A stretch of 64,000 nucleotides of DNA. It comes from an uncultured bacterium. GTDB lineage: Bacteria > Elusimicrobiota > Elusimicrobia > Elusimicrobiales > Elusimicrobiaceae. Shown one piece after another: positions 28,097-36,400 of this stretch. A program made the position numbers and the translations under genes. The notes under the pieces are model-generated. The model was not told the DNA's origin, did no database searches, and saw only the letters and a list, made by a program, of their open reading frames with translations. Numbering within the stretch: the stretch's first letter is position 1; each line of letters opens with the position of its first letter. The stretch is from the NCBI GenBank assembly GCA_949294085.1, contig CASFFX010000006.1, positions 40,256 through 104,255 on the forward strand. Reading direction: 5' to 3'.

Positions 28097-29506
28097 ATGA
28101 AATCAAAAAAACTGAGTCGTTACGCCATTTTGGCGGCCGTGTTATTTTTCCTGGGGACGCTGTTCCCCTATGCGTATGCGGCGGCGGACAACAGCTTAAA
28201 GCAGCTGCGCACGTTTGTGGACGTATTGGAATTTGTCAAAGAAAATTACGTGGAAAATACCGATACGGACCAGTTAATCACCGGGGCCATCAAGGGCGTG
28301 GTGAACGAACTGGACGATTTTTCCCAATATTTGGATCCGACCGATTACAAAAATTTGAAGAACGATACCCGCGGCGATTTTGGCGGTGTGGGAATGCGGC
28401 TGCAAATGGTGGATGGGTTTGTAACCGTGATGAGCCCCATGCCGGGCACGCCTGCCTTTAAGGCCGGGATGATGCCGGGGGACCGCGTGCTGTTCGTGGA
28501 CGATAAAGACATTTCCGGTATGCCCTTGGAGGACGCGGTGGAACTGATGCGTGGTTCGGCCGGGAGCAAGGTAAAAATTACCGTCAGCCGCAAGGATGAA
28601 AAAGGCGAATATACGGTTACAAAAGATTTTAACTTAAAGCGCGAAAAAATCGTGCCGGAAGTGGTCTATTACCGCATGCTGCCGGACCAGGTGGGCTATT
28701 TGTACTTGGTGGACTTTTCCGGCCACAGCACCGAAGCCGTCAAAAAAGCCTTGGCCGATTTGCAGCGGCAGGGGATGAAGTCGCTGGTATTGGATTTGCG
28801 CTTTAACCCCGGCGGCTTGCTGACGGGCGCGGTGGACATTGCCAAATTGTTTTTACAGCCGGACGAAATGCTCGTCTATACCAAAGGCCGCAAGCCCGAA
28901 TATTACCAGGAATTCAAAACTTCTTCCAAACCCGATTACCCGGACTTGCCGATTGCTTTGCTGGTCAACCAAGGTTCCGCCAGCGCCAGTGAAATCGTTT
29001 CCGGTGCGCTGCAGGATAACGGCCGGGCCTTTGTGGTGGGCCAGCGCACGTTTGGCAAAGCCAGCGTGCAGCAGGTGCTTCCGCTGTCTGGCGGGGCCGG
29101 CCTGCGGCTGACTATTGCCAAATATTACACGCCTTCCGGGCGTTTGATCCAGCGCGATTACCGCGATAAAACCAAGGCCGACGAAGGCGGCATTTTGCCG
29201 GATGTGGAGCTGATTGTTCCGGCGGCGGACGAAGCCAAAGTGTTCATGCAGTATAATGACATCGTCTATACGCCCGGCAAAGCCACGCCCCACGTGGAAT
29301 TTACCGCCAAGGACCCGGTGTTGGATAAAGCGGTGGAAATCCTGACGGGGAAAATCTCGCTGGAGGACGCCAAAGCTCAATCCAAAAAAGAAGCCGAAAA
29401 GCGCAAAGCCGAAAAAGAAAAATCCGCCACAAAGCCGGCTTCCGATAAAAAAGAAGCCGCGGCCTCTTCGGACCAATCGGAGGCATCTCCAAAAGCGGAG
29501 AAATAG
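28097..29506 (+). CDS. ctpA: Carboxyl-terminal processing protease S41A
   Basis: PDZ domain GGVGM, LDLRFNPGGLL, SASASEI (Ser), TFGKASVQ (Lys), TIAKYYTPSG. Confidence 0.93.
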   Translation: MKSKKLSRYAILAAVLFFLGTLFPYAYAAADNSLKQLRTFVDVLEFVKENYVENTDTDQLITGAIKGVVNELDDFSQYLDPTDYKNLKNDTRGDFGGVGMRLQMVDGFVTVMSPMPGTPAFKAGMMPGDRVLFVDDKDISGMPLEDAVELMRGSAGSKVKITVSRKDEKGEYTVTKDFNLKREKIVPEVVYYRMLPDQVGYLYLVDFSGHSTEAVKKALADLQRQGMKSLVLDLRFNPGGLLTGAVDIAKLFLQPDEMLVYTKGRKPEYYQEFKTSSKPDYPDLPIALLVNQGSASASEIVSGALQDNGRAFVVGQRTFGKASVQQVLPLSGGAGLRLTIAKYYTPSGRLIQRDYRDKTKADEGGILPDVELIVPAADEAKVFMQYNDIVYTPGKATPHVEFTAKDPVLDKAVEILTGKISLEDAKAQSKKEAEKRKAEKEKSATKPASDKKEAAASSDQSEASPKAEK

Positions 29507-29509
29507 TAT

Positions 29510-30529
29510 ATGAAAAAAGATTTTGCCATTTTGGGCATTGAATCTACGTGCGACGAAACTTCCGCCGCCTTGCTCAAAGGCGGCCGGGAAATTGTAACGA
29601 ACGTCATCTATTCCCAAATAGACGAACACAAAAAATACCACGGGGTCGTGCCCGAGCTGGCTAGCCGCGCCCATGCGGCCAAAATTGCCACCGTCATTGC
29701 CGAAGCCTTGCAGGACCACCCGATAGACTGTGTCGCTTTCGCCAGCGGCCCCGGGCTGCCCGGCGGGCTGATGGTGGGGCGCGTGGCGGCGGAAACCCTT
29801 GCAAATTTCAAAAAAGTCCCTATAATAGGAGTGAACCACTTGGAGGGACACATCTTCGCGTGCGATTTTGAAGGCAGCGAAGCGAAAAACCGTTTGCAAT
29901 TCCCGCTGGTGGCGTTGGTCGTTTCGGGGGGACATACCGAGCTGTGGTACGTGAAAGGATATGGGGAATACAAAGTCCTGGGCAAAACGCGCGACGATGC
30001 CGCCGGCGAAGCCTTTGACAAAGTGGCCAAATTGCTGGGGCTTTCCTATCCGGGCGGGCCGCAAGTGTCCAAGCAGGCGCTGTCGGGCCGCCGCGATGCA
30101 ATTCATTTCCCGCGTCCGCTGATGCCGGGCACCTGGGAATTTTCGTTCAGCGGCATTAAAACCGCCGTCAGCTACTACCTGCGCGACCATAAAAATTTTA
30201 GTATTCCGGACGTGTGCGCCAGCTTTGAAGAAGCCATGGTGGAAACCTTGGTTACCAAAACGCTGCTGGCGGCCAAAAAGTACAAAGTGCGCCATATTGC
30301 CATTGGCGGCGGCGTAGCGGCCAATACGCTCTTGCGCGAACGCATGCAGCAGCAGGCGGCCCAGGCCGGGATAACGGCCCATTTTGTGGAGCGGAAGCTC
30401 TCTTCCGACAATGCCGCCATGATTGCGCTGGCCGCTTATAAACGATTGGAATACGCAGAAAAAACCGGCCGTCCGGTGAAAAAGAACATAGATATTAATC
30501 CCAATATGAAAGTACGCAGTTGGGAGTAA
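29510..30529 (+). CDS. tsaD: tRNA N6-adenosine threonylcarbamoyltransferase
   Basis: LGIESTCDETSAA, GGVVPELASR-like HGVVPELASRAH, NHLEGH, VSGGHT, DDAAGEAFDK, DNAAMIA. Confidence 0.96.
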   Translation: MKKDFAILGIESTCDETSAALLKGGREIVTNVIYSQIDEHKKYHGVVPELASRAHAAKIATVIAEALQDHPIDCVAFASGPGLPGGLMVGRVAAETLANFKKVPIIGVNHLEGHIFACDFEGSEAKNRLQFPLVALVVSGGHTELWYVKGYGEYKVLGKTRDDAAGEAFDKVAKLLGLSYPGGPQVSKQALSGRRDAIHFPRPLMPGTWEFSFSGIKTAVSYYLRDHKNFSIPDVCASFEEAMVETLVTKTLLAAKKYKVRHIAIGGGVAANTLLRERMQQQAAQAGITAHFVERKLSSDNAAMIALAAYKRLEYAEKTGRPVKKNIDINPNMKVRSWE

Positions 30530-30539
30530 AGGAGTTTAG

Positions 30540-31745
30540 ATGCTTTTGTGGGCCATGCCCGATGCGGGCGATAAAACCAAAGAGGATTATGCCTCGTTTG
30601 TAGCGCTCTTTAAGAAAGAAAATCCTTCCATAGACGTTACCGTGCGCGTGTTTACGCGCAACGTGCTGTGGCGGCGGATGTTTACCATTAAATACCCTAC
30701 GCACGAAGAAGAAGTGCCGGATTTGATTCAAATCCCGCATTATTGGACGGCGCTTTTGGTGCGGGAAGGCGTGGCGGAAAATTTGTCGCAGCTGGATCCG
30801 GGGCTTTCGCTGGCCAACTGCCTGGTGCCGCTTAAGCCGCATTGCTACCAGCCCGGCACCAAAGACATTTATTCCTACCCTTGGTGGTTTGATTTAAGCG
30901 CCCTGCATTACCGCGCCGACCACTTGAAACTGGTAACCGCTAAGCCCGAGCACGATTTGGCCACGTGGGACGGCCTGATGAACGTGTGCCAGGCCCTGCG
31001 CGAAAAATTCAAAGACACGCCCGGCTATTATCCTATGCAAAACAGCGATTGGCGCGGTTCGCTTTCCGTGCGCAACGCCTTGCCCTGCATTTGGGGCCGC
31101 GGCGGCGATTTGCTGACGCCCGACTTAAGCGGCACGCTGGTAAGCAGCAAAGCCTTTAAGGAAGGCATCCGCGATTACGTCAACTTAGCGCTCAAAAACT
31201 ATATGCCGATTTTGCGCGAGCGCGGCTCGCTGGGGACGATTGTTTCCGGCAAGGCCAGCATGATGATTTCCCGCAAGCAGGGCGTAAGCACCTTTAACGC
31301 GCGGCGCGGGATTCGCGTCCGCACGCTGCCCGTGCCCACCACGGGAACGACGTATTATTCGTATTTGTCGGGCATGAACTTGTTTATCAACAAGCTTTCG
31401 CAGGAAAAGAAAAACGCCCTTAAATTTATTAAATTCTGCGCCCGGCCCGACAATCAGCTCCGCTACGCCGCGATGATTGACGCCTTCCCCGCGTTTGAGG
31501 ACGCTTTTGAACAGTTCATTTTCTCTTCTACGCAGCGGCTGCAAACGTACAGCAACATTTTGGCCTCGGCCCGTACGCTGCCCAATATCACGGTAACCGG
31601 TACGATTATGGAAATTCTCAAACGGGTGCTGGCCGTGTGCGCCACGCAAATTGTGGAAGGGCGCTTTACACAGGCGTCGCTGGACCGCGAACTGGACCTG
31701 GCCGCCAAAGAGATAGAATATTTGCTGTCCATTTACCAGGGGTAG
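30540..31745 (+). CDS. Sugar-type solute-binding-fold protein without a signal peptide
   Basis: W.MP...F..ENPSIDV.V, PDLIQI, YSYPWWFD..ALHY, TWD.L, G..LFI pattern of SBP family 1; AAGGAG RBS before ATG 30540. Confidence 0.7.
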   Translation: MLLWAMPDAGDKTKEDYASFVALFKKENPSIDVTVRVFTRNVLWRRMFTIKYPTHEEEVPDLIQIPHYWTALLVREGVAENLSQLDPGLSLANCLVPLKPHCYQPGTKDIYSYPWWFDLSALHYRADHLKLVTAKPEHDLATWDGLMNVCQALREKFKDTPGYYPMQNSDWRGSLSVRNALPCIWGRGGDLLTPDLSGTLVSSKAFKEGIRDYVNLALKNYMPILRERGSLGTIVSGKASMMISRKQGVSTFNARRGIRVRTLPVPTTGTTYYSYLSGMNLFINKLSQEKKNALKFIKFCARPDNQLRYAAMIDAFPAFEDAFEQFIFSSTQRLQTYSNILASARTLPNITVTGTIMEILKRVLAVCATQIVEGRFTQASLDRELDLAAKEIEYLLSIYQG

Positions 31746-31748
31746 CCT

Positions 31749-33248
31749 ATGTTTGACAAAAAATCCTATACGCTTTACAAATTTCACAAACAGCTCAACC
31801 AATCCTTCCAGGATAAGCGCGAACTGCTGGAGTGCGCGCTGCCGGCGCTGCGCAATATGTTTAAGCTGGACCGTGTGTACTTTTTTGACTGGCAGCAGGA
31901 CCGGGCCTTGCTATCGCTGAAAATGATGTGCAAAAAAGAGTACTGCATGGACATGCAGGAAGACATTTCCGTACTGAACGAGCCGGCCTTCCTTAAACAG
32001 CTGCTGCAAAACGGCATTACCGAAAGCACCGATTTAAGCTATCCGGCGCTGTATGTGTTGGTAAAATGGGAACGCCCCAGCGTGGAATTAAAATCGGGCG
32101 AAGTACACAACTTTATGCAGGAAAAAGTGGGCGTATTGCGCCTGGAACGTTTCCGCAAGAACCGCGTGTTTACCAGCGAAGAAAAAGAATTAATTAAAGC
32201 CCTGGGGCAGGAAATTTCCCACAATTTGCGCAATACGGAAATTGACCAGGCCAAAAATCAGCGGCTTAATGTGTCCACCGCGCTGAACGATTTGTCCACC
32301 ATATTTGCTTCTTCCCTGCGCTTGAACGACGGATTGGAATTGATTTTGAAAGGCGTGCAGCATTATTTTCGCTTTGACCGCGTGCGCCTGTATTTGACCG
32401 ATTCGGAAGGGAGCAAAATCAAGTCCGTCTTGGGGGTGGACATTTCGGGCACGGTAACCCAGCAGGACGGCAAAAATGTGGTGGAAAACGAACAGAGCCT
32501 GCTAAAGGAAGTGTTTGATTCTACCGCCATTTACCGCGCCACCCGCAGCGTCATCTATATCCCGCTGAAAGTGCAGCGCAACAAAGTGGGTTTTTTGGCG
32601 TTTGACAATATTTTGTCCCGCCGCCGCATTGGGTATTTGGATTTCATTTCCCTGCAGCAGTTTGCGTCGCAGATGGCGCTGTCTATTGACAATGCCCGCC
32701 TGTTTGAACGCGTGCAGGAACTTTCCAACTACGACGAACTGACCAAACTGCCGGTTCGCCGCTATTTCAACGAAAAATTCGCCGAAGAAATTTACCGCTC
32801 CAAACGTTTTGATTTGACCCTGTCGCTTATCATCATGGATATTGACTGGTTCAAACAAATTAACGACGGGTACGGCCACCAGATTGGCGATTGGGCTTTG
32901 AAGGAAGTCAGCCGCGTGATTCGCACCAGCCTCCGCCAGACCGATGTGCCTTGCCGCTTTGGCGGGGACGAAATGGTCATTATGCTGCCGCGCACCAACG
33001 GCGAAGAAGCCAAAATTATTGCCAAACGCCTGCAGGAACGCATTGGCGCCATTACGTTGCCGGATCGTTACACGGAAGGCAAAAAAGTTCACCTGAGCAT
33101 CAGCCAGGGAATTTCTTCGTTCCCGTTTGACGGCAAAACGCCGGACGTGTTGTTGGAAAAGGCGGATAAGGCGCTTTACGTCGTCAAGCAAAACGGCCGC
33201 GGAAGTTTTGCCGTGTACCGCGAAGTGGCCGATCAAACCGCCGCATAA
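31749..33248 (+). CDS. GAF-domain diguanylate cyclase
   Basis: DELTKL..RRYF, DIDWFKQIND.YGH..GD, I-site RQTD, RFGGDEM, ADKALY..K..GR; GAF-like region upstream. Confidence 0.9.
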   Translation: MFDKKSYTLYKFHKQLNQSFQDKRELLECALPALRNMFKLDRVYFFDWQQDRALLSLKMMCKKEYCMDMQEDISVLNEPAFLKQLLQNGITESTDLSYPALYVLVKWERPSVELKSGEVHNFMQEKVGVLRLERFRKNRVFTSEEKELIKALGQEISHNLRNTEIDQAKNQRLNVSTALNDLSTIFASSLRLNDGLELILKGVQHYFRFDRVRLYLTDSEGSKIKSVLGVDISGTVTQQDGKNVVENEQSLLKEVFDSTAIYRATRSVIYIPLKVQRNKVGFLAFDNILSRRRIGYLDFISLQQFASQMALSIDNARLFERVQELSNYDELTKLPVRRYFNEKFAEEIYRSKRFDLTLSLIIMDIDWFKQINDGYGHQIGDWALKEVSRVIRTSLRQTDVPCRFGGDEMVIMLPRTNGEEAKIIAKRLQERIGAITLPDRYTEGKKVHLSISQGISSFPFDGKTPDVLLEKADKALYVVKQNGRGSFAVYREVADQTAA

Positions 33249-33466
33249 ACGCGGAACCCATTTTGCGGTGCGGTGTTTTACCGAACGGTAAGACGGCAGG
33301 AAAAGCAAAAAACAGTTGACAAGAGCCCCAAAAGTTGCAAAAATTTAAGAGTATTATGTCGGCGTCTGTTTAGGCAGCTAATCAGTCGCCTACTTGCGCA
33401 CCTTTTTTGGGGTGCGGAAAAAGATTTGTAACAACTTAAATTTTAAGAAGGGAAATTGGTCCCAAA

Positions 33467-36400
33467 ATGGATACTTGCACAATGAAAAAAATAAACAGTT
33501 TACTCCGGTTGATCCTGGGTAAAGCGGCGCTTTGCGCCGTTTTAACCGCATTATGCTGCGCGGCGGCTGCGCCGCTTTTTGCCCAAACGGCAGAAGTTCG
33601 CTATGCGGGTGTTTTTTACAAAGACGCGCCGGCTAACAACCAGGAAATGTATTGTGATTACACCCAGGAAAATGTGGGCTCTTCTGGCAGTACGACTAAC
33701 GCCAATTTTTTAACCAATTCCAATTTGTCCCCTACCACAGCGGCCGGGACGATGGTAAACGACGGCGAATTGAACTTGACTTTCTTGGGTATTTCCACCA
33801 CCAAGCCGTCTTCGGGAGAACGCACCCCCAATACGAATTACAATGTGGGGACCTCTTTCTATATTCCGCAGACAATTTCCACAACCACCTATTATTATCC
33901 CTTTGTGGTAAACAGCTATAACGTTTCTGAAGGACTGGGAATTGATGTGTCCGCTTCTACGGCGGCCAATGCCAACGCGAATAACAAAAGTTTCGTGTTT
34001 GATTATAACAATGATCCCTGGGTAGGTTCCGCCTTGTTGGAATATGACCAGCCTTATCCTTCCACTACTCCTGGTGAAAATAAATATCCTAACCATTGCT
34101 TGGCTTTGTGCATGAATGTTTATTGCACCAACAAACCCATGTCTCAGAGCACCTATTCTATTGCGTTTCCGTTGCAGCAGGTTAAGTTCGACATTGTGAA
34201 ATACTATAACGGGAAAAATGTGGAAAACCCGGAAGAAACCCCGGCAGTACGCACGATTGATTTGTATCCGAATTTGGAACAGGCCAAGTGCGGTTCCTAT
34301 GTTTGCCCGGGCGGCCCGAATGGCGAATACACTTGTTCGGCCCCGAAGTATGAATTGGTGGGCGATACCTGCTATAGCTTGGAAACCGGCGAGGCTGTTT
34401 CTGGCCAGTGCCAGTCGTCTCTGAGCACCAGTACGGGCGGAAACTGCGAAAATTATAACTGCAACTATATTATTTTTAATAACGATGGGGTTCGCACCAA
34501 TCAGCCGATTTCTTTCTGCGCCGCGTGGGACGGTTCGTACGAAATTGGCGGCGAATTCGGCAAGTCCAACGGGGACTTTGCCTTCCGCGCCACCGTATCT
34601 ACCGATGCCCCCGGTGATAATATCATTACCGATAAAATTGAATTTACCTCCACCATTGCTTACCCGGGCATGAACCAAATCCCGATACAGGTGGATGTGT
34701 CCAACGTGCACACCGTGCGCAGCACGCCGACCGTGGTGGGAAATATTACGGCCGTGTCCGCCCAGCCTTACACCTTGGCGTATCGGCTGAGCAAAGACTC
34801 GGACGTACGTGTCGCTTTGTATGATGCGTCCAACGGCGATAATATTAATTACGGCGAAAATAATACTGGAAACATTGCAATTCCGAATGCCTTGGTGCGC
34901 ACGCTGGTGGATTGGCAGCCGCGCTTGGGCGAAGGGATGAAAGGAACGGAAAACGATACCCAGTTGACGGAATTTGACTCGTGGGACGGCCGCAACGATG
35001 ACGGCTTGTTGCTGCCGGCGGGGAACTATATCGCTTCTATCCAGGCGAAGGCGCAAGATGAGTGGCCGGGGGTGGATTTCTCCCGCGCCGTTACGCGCCA
35101 AATTTCGCTGGATCCCTTGAAACTGACGGATATCGTGGTTACCGGGCTGAATAAAAAATCTACCGCTTACGCTTCTATTAATTATGTGCCTACGGAAGCG
35201 TCTAAAGTGTATTGGGAAATTTACACCCCCGGCACGACCTTTAGCGGTTCTGAAGCGACGAACAATTTGGTAACGGATTCTTCCACGCCTACCGGCACCG
35301 GCCCCACTCCTGTGGGAGGCACGCTGGTGTATCGCTCCGAAGAAGACAGAACCGCCCGCATGAACTTTACCTCTAAATGGGACGGCCTGTGCGGTATAGA
35401 AGAGGGCTGCACCCGCACGTATGCGTATAAAGAAACAATGTCTGACGGTACCACCTGCACGGTCGCAGGTGGGTGTCAACAAACCTTTGCCTATGGCGCC
35501 CCGATGCCGGACGGCAACTACGTGTATGTGCTGTGGGCGGAAATTCCGTACAACGGCAAATACTTAAATGCCGTAGGAGGAAACGGTACTCCGAGCTTTG
35601 CTTCTAATCAGACGTGTTCCCGTACCAATTTGGAAATCAACGGCCAGTGCTTTACGGGCGTAAAGACTCAGAACTATTCCATTGGACAAGTGTCCGTTGA
35701 ACGCGGCTTAGTGGATATTACCATTCAGCCTGTCAGCTATTCTACGGTGGGTTCCAGCCCGACGGCTTACGGCTTGGATCCGTTCATTTTCAAATATTCT
35801 ATCGTGCGCGACGCGACGGTAATGGCGCGGGTGGAAAACTCGGCCGGCGTACCGGTAAAGCATTTGACGCCGGAAGAAGGCGTTACCCAAGTGGCCCAGC
35901 AGCTCAACACGCTGTCTTGGGACGGGCGCGACGATCAAGGCCGTATGGTAACCCCCGGTACGTATATGTTTACGGTGGAAACGAAGGACGCCATGTTCCC
36001 GTCTGTTACCAACAAAGCGTCGGCCGTGTTCCCGGTGGACATGTACCGCGTAGTGGACGTAGCCACCACGGACGTGTATGGCGACAGCGAAGCCAAAGCC
36101 ACTATTTCTTATATGCTTTCCAAAGCGATGAACGTCCAAATTAACATCTATAATAAGGACGTTGTCATCCCGGCGTATAACTCTACCACGGGGGATTACA
36201 ATGATTACACGGTCATCTCTTCGCAGATGGCCACGGGTTACACCAACGATTTGGCGTCCGTAAACGTGTACGAACAAGGCCAAACCAACATTTTTGCCAC
36301 GTTATCCGATGTTGCGTTGGGTACGGTTGTTCGATTGCAACCGGGCACCACCAACCCGTACACGCGCGACACCATTACGACGGCCGAAAACCCGAACTAT

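Noticed and set aside
33250-33466. c-di-GMP-I/II riboswitch upstream of the adhesin gene
   Set aside because: The conserved GGCAAA...GAAA...GACGCAAAGC core is not present; kept only as a weak generic leader finding
33710-35482. Long antisense ORFs (590 aa here; also 13190-14629, 28853-30382 and others)
   Set aside because: They shadow well-supported + strand genes, lack motifs and are expected in GC-rich coding DNA
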